Below are positions 25,730-33,735 of a stretch of 44,257 nt of DNA, one piece after another; within the stretch, counting starts at the first letter, position 1, and every line of letters starts with the position of its first letter. Location of the stretch: NCBI GenBank assembly GCA_900299035.1, contig OMIG01000240.1, positions 1 through 44,257 on the forward strand, given 5' to 3'. The notes beneath the pieces are model-generated. The model searched no databases and was not told where the DNA came from. It saw nothing but the letters and a program-made list of their open reading frames with translations. The position numbers were made by a program, and so were the translations under genes. Origin of the DNA: Pseudomonadota bacterium. GTDB lineage: Bacteria; Bdellovibrionota_C; UBA2361; OMII01.

Positions 25730-26422
25730 GTGTGGAAAGTTGAGATCCTAACCATATTCCCGGAGATCTTCGATAGCTTCCTGGCAACGAGCCTGATCGG
25801 GAAGGCTCGCGATCGCGGCCTGCTCTCAGCCAAGGTCACTAACATCCGAGACTTCTCAGCACCGCCTCACAACAAAGTTGACGACTACCCGTACGGCGGA
25901 GGTGCCGGCCTCGTCATGATGCCAGATCCGCTGGTGTGCGCAGTAGAGTCGGCGAAATCGCGGCTACCTCAGGCCAAGGTAGTGCTCCTATCGCCCTGCG
26001 GCAGGAGGTTCAGCCAGGGCAAGGCAGCGGAGCTGTCAAAGCTCGACTCCGTGATCTTCGTATGCGGGCGCTACGAAGGGATCGACCAGCGCGTAATCGA
26101 CTTAGTGGTGGACGAAGAGATATCCATCGGCGACTTCGTCGTCATGGGAGGCGAGGTGCCCGCCATGCTCGTCATGGAAGCGTGCCTGCGCTTGCAGCCG
26201 GATGTCATCCAGAACAGCGAGTCTATCGAACACGAGTCGTTCTCGCCCGCGCTCGGCGACGGATCGCTGGTGGAGGCCCCGCAGTTCACGCGACCAGAAG
26301 AGTACCGTGGGCTCAAAGTCCCCGACATTCTGCTGTCTGGCAATCACAAGCTAATCCGCGAATGGCGCCTAGCCGAGGCGCGACGCAGGACAGAAGCTCT
26401 GGCTAAGCCGAAAGGGTCGTAA
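25730..26422 (+). CDS. trmD: tRNA (guanine37-N1)-methyltransferase
   Basis: (M)WKVEILTIFPEIFDSFL...DDYPYGGGAGLVMMPDPL...CGRYEGIDQRVID matches the TrmD SPOUT signature. A GTG start at 25730 aligns with the E. coli N-terminus MWIGIISLFPE. The track start at 25715 is a TTG inside the terminator's T-run. Confidence 0.92.
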   Translation: MWKVEILTIFPEIFDSFLATSLIGKARDRGLLSAKVTNIRDFSAPPHNKVDDYPYGGGAGLVMMPDPLVCAVESAKSRLPQAKVVLLSPCGRRFSQGKAAELSKLDSVIFVCGRYEGIDQRVIDLVVDEEISIGDFVVMGGEVPAMLVMEACLRLQPDVIQNSESIEHESFSPALGDGSLVEAPQFTRPEEYRGLKVPDILLSGNHKLIREWRLAEARRRTEALAKPKGS

Positions 26423-26425
26423 CGT

Positions 26426-26995
26426 ATGGCCGCCGCACCCCTCAGCCTCAACGTTGCCCTCTTGCATGACGGCATGGTCGACAAGACTGGCAAGAAGGTC
26501 TCGACCTCCGTAACCCTGATCGACGTGCACGACATCTCGCGCAGCTCGCGCACCTACGGAGTTGATTCCCTCTTCGTGGCTCACCCGTCCCAGACGATGC
26601 GGGCGCTCGTGCGAACTGTTAAGCGCCACTGGGACGGCGACTTCGGCTCAACCTACAATCCAAACCGCCAGGACGCGCTCAGTGTCCTCGACATCGTGAG
26701 CGACCTCGATGAGGCGATTATGAAGATTGAGAAGCGCACCGGTGCCCTGCCTAAGCTCCTGGCAACTTCAGCCCGTGATGGTGATGATCGAATTAGCTAC
26801 CAGGACATGAGGCAAACGATGGAGGATTGCGGCGGCTCGTACCTGCTGATGTTCGGCACCGGCTGGGGAATGGGACCAGAGCTGATGGCTCGGGCAGACC
26901 ACGTGCTCAAGCCTATCGTTGGCCCCACAGAGTACAACCACCTCTCTGTGCGCGCCGCATGCGCGATCATTCTTGACCGGCTCAGAGGGTCTTAG
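26426..26995 (+). CDS. Predicted SPOUT-type RNA methyltransferase (TM1570-like, 'Methyltrn_RNA_4' type)
   Basis: The 189-aa product reads LNVALLHDGMVDKTGKKVSTSVTLIDVHDISRSSRTYGV...LLMFGTGWGM...EYNHLSVRAACAIILDRL. From memory, this family also sits next to trmD in Thermotoga. The gene starts 3 nt after the trmD stop. Confidence 0.6.
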   Translation: MAAAPLSLNVALLHDGMVDKTGKKVSTSVTLIDVHDISRSSRTYGVDSLFVAHPSQTMRALVRTVKRHWDGDFGSTYNPNRQDALSVLDIVSDLDEAIMKIEKRTGALPKLLATSARDGDDRISYQDMRQTMEDCGGSYLLMFGTGWGMGPELMARADHVLKPIVGPTEYNHLSVRAACAIILDRLRGS

Positions 26996-27088
26996 CCAAG
27001 GCACCCGTCGGTGCGCGCGGGAAAAGATCAGTTGAGAATTAGCTCCGTTCCGTGCAAACTCTCGCCAGGCTAGGTTCCGAAGATCTGT

Positions 27089-27634
27089 GTGGTATCCCAT
27101 TCTCCTAATAATGGCGCGCGCAACCTAAACGCACTCCTTGAAGCGGCCCTCGCCTCTAACGACCCGCTTGAGGTAGAACTTCACGCACGCAGCATCGCCC
27201 TCGATCCAGCGCCAGACGACCGTCGGCAGTCCGCTCTCCTAGAGATCCTCAAAGCGCGTCCTACCACCAACAACGTCGTGTCGACCTGCCTCTTTCACCT
27301 GCGCGCCTTCGGCCCGGAGCCGCTGAGAAAGGGCATACACCGAGTTCTGGGAGAGCCTGACGGCGCGGATAGCGAGCCCGCAAAGATCTCTGCGCTGGTG
27401 CGGCTGGTCGCCCTCGAGGAGCACAACAGCGCAGATGCGCTTCTCATCGGAACGTACGCTTTCCATTCGCAGCCCACCCTTCGCGCGGCCACAATTCGTG
27501 GCCTGCGGGGGCTCGACTTTAGCCAGAAGCAGCGTCTCCTGGAGGCCAACTCAACTCATGTGCTGTCGGGACACAAGAACGGAAAGGCGTTAGAGCTGCT
27601 GATCAGAAGCCTCTTAGTTGACGGAGCTCTCTAG
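27089..27634 (+). CDS. Hypothetical HEAT/ARM-like helical repeat protein
   Basis: The 181-aa product has a GTG start and a helical repeat character (…PTLRAATIRGLRGLDFSQKQRLLEA…). I recognise no family. Confidence 0.5.
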   Translation: MVSHSPNNGARNLNALLEAALASNDPLEVELHARSIALDPAPDDRRQSALLEILKARPTTNNVVSTCLFHLRAFGPEPLRKGIHRVLGEPDGADSEPAKISALVRLVALEEHNSADALLIGTYAFHSQPTLRAATIRGLRGLDFSQKQRLLEANSTHVLSGHKNGKALELLIRSLLVDGAL

Positions 27635-27656
27635 CAACCCTCAGGCAGGGCGGCGA

Positions 27657-28745
27657 TCATCTGAGCCTAATTTGTTGAGACGCAGCTCCAATAATTGCCT
27701 GCACGAATCCCCCAACTCTCGCCTTCTCAGGCTGGGAGGGATCCGACAGCAGGAAAACAAGGTGCGCCGTGAGGTCTGCTGCCCGCTGCGGGCTGTAGCG
27801 AAGAGCTAGCTCCGCTAAGTTCGCCATGACACTATTAACAGCAGAACCGCTGGTAGCGCCGAGCTCAAGCTTCTGAAGCGAAAAGGCCGCCAGCTCTGGA
27901 CTCCTCTCGCGCTCGATAATCTCCCTGACTTGCCCACTGATTGATGACTCATGTGCCGCTTGGAGGCTCACCTGCGGGAGCTTGACGTCTTCAAAGCTCT
28001 CAGCCTGCTTCGGCTCGACTCGGGCAAGCTCTCTCTCCTCTCGCACCTTTGCTGCCGCTTTTGAGGCAGCGCTGCTTTTAGCAGCCTTGGTAACAGCGCT
28101 CTCTTTCCGGCCTGTCGGCTGCGCGGCTTTCGGCCGCCTCGACTTCTGGACATCCTGTTCACCTAACGGCTCATTCTCCTCGTTCTCGTCACAGAGGGGC
28201 ATCGGGGCAGTTTCGAGGAATATCCTCACATCCTTGAACCGCCCATCCCCTTCTGCTCCGATGTCCTTAAGGAGCTGCCCACGCGCTTCTGCCGACAGCC
28301 CTCGCAAAGCCGACTGGCAAGCCCTGCGCACGGCCGGGAAGCCGCGATTCAGGCAGCGACCTATGATCTCCAGATCTGGATCGCCCGCACTGCGAGACTC
28401 TATCAGGAGCGAGACCGCAGCAGCATGAACCATCTCCCGGTCATCACTGGATGGCTCCTGTGACATAATTTTTCTTGCGAGCGAGTTGCATGCCGATTTC
28501 GAGAGGCAGCGAAGCTGATGGAGCCCCTCAATTGCCACGCTGTTTAGGCCAATCTGCTTCTCAACTATCGCAGAGACAGCCTTAACCGCGGCCTCGACTT
28601 CGGAGCCGCTTAGCCTGTCAACGAGCCCTGACAGAACTTGTCCGATAAAGCGTGCGTCATTTGAGCTGCATGCAGCGGCGACGAGGTCCTTAACTTTTGA
28701 AGCAGCAACAGAGACGTCCTGCCCTCCGCGACTCGGAGCGACCAT
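27657..28745 (-). CDS. Hypothetical HEAT-like repeat protein with a Lys/Ala-rich central linker
   Basis: I trimmed the ORF to the ATG at 28745 (AAGGGG upstream); the track start at 28871 is TTG. The product contains FPAVRRACQSALRGLSAEARGQLLKD and a basic low-complexity segment, RRPKAAQPTGRKESAVTKAAKSSAASKAAAKV. Confidence 0.5.
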   Translation of the reverse strand: MVAPSRGGQDVSVAASKVKDLVAAACSSNDARFIGQVLSGLVDRLSGSEVEAAVKAVSAIVEKQIGLNSVAIEGLHQLRCLSKSACNSLARKIMSQEPSSDDREMVHAAAVSLLIESRSAGDPDLEIIGRCLNRGFPAVRRACQSALRGLSAEARGQLLKDIGAEGDGRFKDVRIFLETAPMPLCDENEENEPLGEQDVQKSRRPKAAQPTGRKESAVTKAAKSSAASKAAAKVREERELARVEPKQAESFEDVKLPQVSLQAAHESSISGQVREIIERERSPELAAFSLQKLELGATSGSAVNSVMANLAELALRYSPQRAADLTAHLVFLLSDPSQPEKARVGGFVQAIIGAASQQIRLR

Positions 28746-28904
28746 GCCTTGTACCCCTTGGATTAGCTGGCGTTTTTCGACTGCGCGAGGTTGCCTCGAC
28801 CCGCGTTCATACTCAACACAAATTGTGTTAGCAGCCGGTTTGAATTCGCCCCTGACGGATAAACTAGCCAAAAGACAGAACGGGCCCGAACCTGCCGTAG
28901 CAGC

Positions 28905-29489
28905 CTACTTCTGGAGAACCCTCAGGAGGCAGGTCAGCGCCAAGCCGCGGTGCGAGAGGAACCCGTCATTCGAAAGCAGCTCTCGGAGCGGGCGCCTCTC
29001 GCCATTCGGAGTAAAGAGCCGCGCGTACGGCAGAGGGTCGTCTGCTAAATCTCTAACCTCCTGATCTGACGGCTTACGCAGCACCCCTTCGAGGGCCTTG
29101 GTAACCGATATTAGCCTTCCGGAGGGCTCTGCGTACGAGATGCAGCAGACGAAACGGGCGGGGGTTTCGGCCCGCAGCCCCAGAAGCGCCGTAACCCGGA
29201 GCAACCCGAATCGGTGCGAGTACAAACCAGGCAAGCCGCCCAAGGCTTCGATCTCTAGGCCTGTATCATCACCGAGGCAGGACCGCCCTGCCCAACGGGA
29301 GTACGAAAGCGCCTTGTGGGACGCGTTCGCTTCGTAGGTTGGGAGCCCCTCAACGACAACAGGCGGCCCGCCGACCTGCGAAGACTGGCACTCACTAAGC
29401 CCAACTATCGCGACACCTAGCCGAGAAGCCACCTGCGAGACTTCTGCAACTTTTCCCTTGTTCGATGAGCCGAAGAGAATTCGATCCAT
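28905..29489 (-). CDS. rdgB: Non-canonical purine NTP pyrophosphatase (RdgB/HAM1 family)
   Basis: ILFGSSNKGKVAEV...GDDTGLEIEALGGLPGLYSHRF...FLSHRGLAL are the HAM1/RdgB signatures. Confidence 0.88.
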   Translation of the reverse strand: MDRILFGSSNKGKVAEVSQVASRLGVAIVGLSECQSSQVGGPPVVVEGLPTYEANASHKALSYSRWAGRSCLGDDTGLEIEALGGLPGLYSHRFGLLRVTALLGLRAETPARFVCCISYAEPSGRLISVTKALEGVLRKPSDQEVRDLADDPLPYARLFTPNGERRPLRELLSNDGFLSHRGLALTCLLRVLQK

Positions 29490-29683
29490 GGCGGCGATAC
29501 TCGCTCAGTCTCGCCTGCATGGGTAGATAGCTGCTCTGGGCAGCGGGCCACCAACACGCAGAGGCACCCGAGGTTGGCTGGAGCAATCCTGCTTCAAACG
29601 GCAAGCCAGGCTCGTAACGGCACAAACTTACACACTAATATGCTCTCTTACCGGCTCTCCATCAGAGTGGTACCCTCATAAGA

Positions 29684-30166
29684 ATGGAGTCAGATCTCTG
29701 GGCGGTCCTTTTCAACGGTTTTAACACGCAGCTACTGGTCGCTGCCCTTCTTGGCGGACTTATCGGCGTTGAGCGCGAGTTCGCAGGGAAAGACCCCAGC
29801 ATCCGCACCTTCGCTCTCATATCTCTTGGAAGCTGCATCTTCACACTGCTCTCTTGGGAGAGCGTCCAGGAGTTCCATGCGGGAGATCCGGGGCGTATCG
29901 CTGCGCAGATCGTTCCCGGCATCGGCTTCATCGGTGCCGGCACTATCTTTCGCTCGAAGCAGGGCGTTTCTGGATTCACCACAGCGGCACTCATGTGGGT
30001 CACCGCCAGCATCGGAATGGCCGTGGGCTTTCACCGCGAGGATTTGGCCATCTCAGCGACGCTGCTCGCAATCGTCCTTACTCTCTCACTTCGCATCGTG
30101 CATTCTGTCATTCGCCGCAAGCGCCACGACGACCCCACCAGCACCAGGGATGCCCACGACGCCTGA
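29684..30166 (+). CDS. mgtC: MgtC/SapB family membrane protein
   Basis: LLGGLIGVEREFAGKDPSIRTFALISLGSC...IAAQIVPGIGFIGAGTIFRS...GFTTAALMWVTASIGMAVG is the canonical MgtC N-terminal domain. Confidence 0.88.
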   Translation: MESDLWAVLFNGFNTQLLVAALLGGLIGVEREFAGKDPSIRTFALISLGSCIFTLLSWESVQEFHAGDPGRIAAQIVPGIGFIGAGTIFRSKQGVSGFTTAALMWVTASIGMAVGFHREDLAISATLLAIVLTLSLRIVHSVIRRKRHDDPTSTRDAHDA

Positions 30167-30185
30167 ACTGGCCTTCGTCGAGCAC

Positions 30186-32000
30186 TCAAAGGGACAATGA
30201 GTCTTTCGCCAGCTTCGCATCAAACCAGGCGGGCTCACCTCGGCCGTCTGGAAAAGCGCCTGGGGTGCAGCTGTACACCGAGATCTCACGACGCCCATCA
30301 CGCCGCAGGGCGTGTAGCGTCTCTTGAAGCACAGCCATCTCACGCAGCGAGCCGGGAATAGCATGAACCAACTGCTCTAAGAGCTCTCGCCTGGCCACGT
30401 ACACAGCGTCAGAATCACAAGGCAATGGCCCGTCTCCGGGAGTCACTATCTCCACGGGCCGACGCATGTAGAAGAACAGCGGATCGAAATAATCGTCGGG
30501 CCCCTCCTTGAGGAACACGACCCTCTTCCCCGGGCCACTAAGCAAGAGAAGCTGCTCCGACATCAGTGGAAATCCCTTCAGAGCCCCCTTCGCCACAGAT
30601 CCAAACCCAACAACGACGGTCATCAAAAGCACCATCAAAGCCCACACGCTGCCGTACAGCATCCACGGGCGAGACTTTTTCACTAAGACAGCCACCCCAA
30701 GCGCCGCCAACAGCACGAGCCCCATGCGAGCCGCAAAAGGGCCAAGCGCAAATTTGACGACTGCTTCCACTGGGTCGCCCTGCCACTCCCCCTGGAGCCC
30801 AAGGCCGGCAAAGACAAGGAGCCCAATGCACGCCAGACAGAGAAGCGCCTCTGCCTTTCGGGCACTCACCCAGATGCCCTGACGCAAGGGCAACCCTCCG
30901 CGCTCAACGAGCCAGGAGGCAGAGAGCCCCAGCTGGATCGCCACGAGCGGCAAGAGAGGCAGCAACAGCGCTGGCTGCTTCTCACTTGAAAGCGACAGGA
31001 GCACAACACCGACGAGCAGCACCACAAACGGAAGGGTAAGGATTCGGACCGAATTCTCAGCGCGGTACGACACTCCGGCACCGCGAGGGCGCATCGCCAC
31101 GAGCGCGCCGAGCATCAGCACCACCCAGGGAAACGATGTCCGCAGCAAGGAGGGCAGGTAGAACCACCACCCTGGTGGGCTGATGCTATTGCCTGACAGA
31201 ACAGCCTGCTCATCGGGAAAGAGAAGCAGCCCGCCAAGGAGAGCCTCCCCTCCTTCAGAGTACGCAGCCAGGTACCAAGCCAGAGGCATGCCGAGTGAAA
31301 CCCACCCGAGGCTTGGCCTAAACAGCTCTCTGACAGCAGCTGAGAAACCTACCAGCCAGATCCCGCCTGCAGAAGCCAATAGAAGCGGCAGCAGCAAACC
31401 CAGCGGGCCCCCTGCCAACACCGCCGCCGCACAGAAGATCCAAAACAGCGCGCGAGCTGATGGCGACACCATCACCCGAGGAGCGTCATCAGAACGGCCC
31501 ACACACACCAGGCTCGTCAACGCGCCCCAGATGCAGAGCACAAAGACCATTTCGACCATCGCCTGAACCGCCAATCGATGGAAACCGTAGGTGAGCGAGA
31601 GCACCCCAGCCGCCAAGAGCGCAGCCCGCTCGGCGTACAGGGGACTCTCCGTGGTGCGTCCGCGAAGCGCTAGAGAGTATGCACACAGTGCAGCACACAG
31701 CAGAACGCCAACAGCACCTAGGAGAGACGGGAGGCGGACGACCACCTCCGAAGAAGCCCCGAAGAGCATCACCAGGGCCGCCCCTATCCAGTGGAAGAGC
31801 GGCGGATGGGAAGAAACGACGCCGTTTCTAAGCGGAAGGAACCAGGTTCCGTCCCGCACGATGCTGACGATTGCTTGTGCCTCACGGCCTTCCGGACTTC
31901 CGGCCACCGACGCTAAGCCGAGAAAGACGGCCTGGATCGCCGAGTAGAGCGCTAACGCGCCCAACAAACCACGCCAAGGGAATGGAAAGGAACTTTTCAA
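30186..32000 (-). CDS. GT-C fold glycosyltransferase, ArnT/PMT_2-like (second copy in the window)
   Basis: The 604-aa product is polytopic. EGREAQAIVSIVRDGTWFLPLRNGVVSSHPPLFHW matches the ArnT-type first-loop motif (E.R.A....G.W..P......KPPL..W). The TTG start at 32000 is preceded by AGGAGA. Confidence 0.75.
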   Translation of the reverse strand: MKSSFPFPWRGLLGALALYSAIQAVFLGLASVAGSPEGREAQAIVSIVRDGTWFLPLRNGVVSSHPPLFHWIGAALVMLFGASSEVVVRLPSLLGAVGVLLCAALCAYSLALRGRTTESPLYAERAALLAAGVLSLTYGFHRLAVQAMVEMVFVLCIWGALTSLVCVGRSDDAPRVMVSPSARALFWIFCAAAVLAGGPLGLLLPLLLASAGGIWLVGFSAAVRELFRPSLGWVSLGMPLAWYLAAYSEGGEALLGGLLLFPDEQAVLSGNSISPPGWWFYLPSLLRTSFPWVVLMLGALVAMRPRGAGVSYRAENSVRILTLPFVVLLVGVVLLSLSSEKQPALLLPLLPLVAIQLGLSASWLVERGGLPLRQGIWVSARKAEALLCLACIGLLVFAGLGLQGEWQGDPVEAVVKFALGPFAARMGLVLLAALGVAVLVKKSRPWMLYGSVWALMVLLMTVVVGFGSVAKGALKGFPLMSEQLLLLSGPGKRVVFLKEGPDDYFDPLFFYMRRPVEIVTPGDGPLPCDSDAVYVARRELLEQLVHAIPGSLREMAVLQETLHALRRDGRREISVYSCTPGAFPDGRGEPAWFDAKLAKDSLSL

Positions 32001-32030
32001 CCTGTCTCCTGTCGGCTGCGCCGCTTAGGC

Positions 32031-32060
32031 ATTGTAGCCGCCAAAGCGCCGCGCGCTCAA
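32031..32060 (-). promoter_or_regulatory. Candidate sigma70-type promoter for the ArnT-like gene
   Basis: The reverse strand reads TTGAGC (32060-32055), an 18-nt spacer, then TACAAT (32036-32031), about 30 nt upstream of the TTG start. This is a motif match only. Confidence 0.35.
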
Positions 32061-32090
32061 CGAGGGACTTTTAGGTGCAAGAGAGCCAGG

Positions 32091-33092
32091 CTACTTAAGC
32101 CCGTGCACAACTCGCTTGTACCAACGGACTTCGTGCTCACTCCCCACAATAAACGCCGACCGTTCGTGGATATCTTCCGGCACTAGCGCCAGGATGTTGT
32201 CCGGGCCATTGAGGGCCAGGCCGCCAGCCTGCTCAGCGATGAAGGCCAGTGGCATGCACTCGTAGAGCAGCCGCAGCCGGCCTTTCGGGCGTTTGGTGTC
32301 GGTTGGGTAGAGAAAGATGCCGCCCTTGCGCAGCGTGCGGTCGAAGTCGGCCACCAAGGAGCCCACGTACCTTCCAGAGTACGGTGCGCCGGAAGCGGCG
32401 TCAGGGCTCTTGAGCTGGCCAACGAAATCCTTTACTCCGTCGCTCCAGTACGAGGTGTTCCCCTCGTTGACGCTGTAAATCAGCCCACGTGTGGGGATGC
32501 GGATGTTCTCGTCAGTCAGCACGAACTCTCCCAGGCTTGGGTCGAGAGTAAAGCCGTGAACCCCTGAGCCTGTCGAGTACACGAAGGATGTCTTCGCGCC
32601 GTACACAGAGTATCCCGCCGCCACTATCTCAGAGCCGGGCTGCCGAAAGTCGTCGTGCGATGCGGGCCGAGAGAGCTCCTTCTTCCGGAAGATGCAGAAG
32701 ATCGTGCCGGTGGGAATGCTTGAGCCGATGTTCGACGAGCCATCGAGCGGATCGAACGCCAACACGTACTTCCCTTCTCCCTGGGCAGCCTGCGTCTCAA
32801 TCACGCTGTCACGCTCCTCCGACACGAGCAGCCCGAAGTGCTGAGAAGAGCCGAGCAGCTCAACCAAAACCTCATCAGCCTCCTCGTCAAGCTGGCGGGT
32901 CTCTTCCCCGTGAGAGTTTGTCTTGCCCGTGTACCCATGCAGGCCCTTAAAGCCCGCGGTGGCAACCATCTGGCTGATGTACTTTACGCCCAACGAGATC
33001 GACACCAGCAGGTCAGAGAGCTCACCGGTGCTGTCTGGATAGAGGCGTCGTTTCGAGTGAATGAAGCGGCTGAGTGTTTGGGTAGGGATCAT
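32091..33092 (-). CDS. fbp: Fructose-1,6-bisphosphatase class 1
   Basis: The motifs LAFDPLDGSSNIGSSIPTGTIF, ...GYSVYG... and ...GGIFLYP...GRLRLLYECMPLAFIAEQAGG support the call. I set the start to the ATG at 33092; the track start at 33122 is TTG. Confidence 0.93.
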   Translation of the reverse strand: MIPTQTLSRFIHSKRRLYPDSTGELSDLLVSISLGVKYISQMVATAGFKGLHGYTGKTNSHGEETRQLDEEADEVLVELLGSSQHFGLLVSEERDSVIETQAAQGEGKYVLAFDPLDGSSNIGSSIPTGTIFCIFRKKELSRPASHDDFRQPGSEIVAAGYSVYGAKTSFVYSTGSGVHGFTLDPSLGEFVLTDENIRIPTRGLIYSVNEGNTSYWSDGVKDFVGQLKSPDAASGAPYSGRYVGSLVADFDRTLRKGGIFLYPTDTKRPKGRLRLLYECMPLAFIAEQAGGLALNGPDNILALVPEDIHERSAFIVGSEHEVRWYKRVVHGLK

Positions 33093-33477
33093 GGGTAGCA
33101 AAGCCTTCCTTAAAAACGCCAAGCCTTCTCCGAGGAGAGGAGTGGCGAACGCGCTGATTTCACGCCGAAGCTACATAAGAGCGTGCTTGTCTTCCTGCCA
33201 CCCTCGAGATCCGCATAAAAGGCTTACTGCGTGGGCGCGAGGCAGGAACGGAGAGGAACTGCTAAAGTTGGAAACGACGGCTGAGGCGGTCCGATTGCCG
33301 GCCGGAACAGGGAAATGCACATCTGTTTCCTTCCCCTTAGTATACCGGCTGCCGCGCTGGGGCTCCAAACGAAAAAACGGGGCTCGTACGCAATTCCGGG
33401 ATGGCGATGGGGCAGGCTAGAGCGGAAGTCGCTGATTTAATTCCTTAAAGGTGAGGCCGTTTTTAAGCGGGCTGGAG

Positions 33478-33554
33478 CACGTGAACGTGAGGACAGGAGA
33501 GCAGGTCTCTTGTGCGGGCACGTTCACATGTACGTGCACGAGCACGTTTACGTG
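33478..33554. repeat. Cluster of ACGTG/CACGT palindromic elements in a long non-coding region
   Basis: CACGTGAACGTG (33478-33489) matches the reverse complement of CACGTTCACATG (33519-33530) at 11 of 12 positions, with a 29-nt spacer. The adjacent ACGTGC-ACGA-GCACGT (33532-33547) is a perfect 6-bp palindrome. ACGTG occurs again at 33550-33554. Confidence 0.6.
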
Positions 33555-33735
33555 GGGGCAGAGCCCTAGCGCTCGGCTCCTGCCTACTAAACGGCTAATT
33601 GGGTTTAGCGCCAATCGCCCCTCTCCTCGGCTCTCTCCCTAACCGCTAGCGACAGGGACTAAAGTTAGATACCATTTAACGAGCCGGTCCACCGGCCAAC
33701 AGCTGTCAGAGCCACTCTCAAATTAGAGGCGCCCC

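Noticed and set aside
33171-33642. Three 63-65-aa ORFs in the long fbp-upstream non-coding region.
   Set aside because: They have no RBS and overlap each other on both strands. Their sequences simply translate the ACGT-rich repeats (HVHVNV, TFTCTCTSTFT). I treat the region as non-coding.
33093-33735. A possible tmRNA, RNase P RNA, SRP (4.5S) RNA or sigma54 promoter in the 643-nt gap.
   Set aside because: GGGGCTC at 33359 and GGTCCACC near 33687 briefly suggested tmRNA ends, but there is no T-arm (GGTTCGAnTCC-like), no complementary acceptor 3' strand and no tag ORF. I saw no GAGGAAAGTCC or ACAGAACCCGGCTTA motifs (RNase P) and no GGAAGCAGCC motif (SRP). The GG-N11-GC spacing near 33303-33320 does not fit a sigma54 -24/-12 element.
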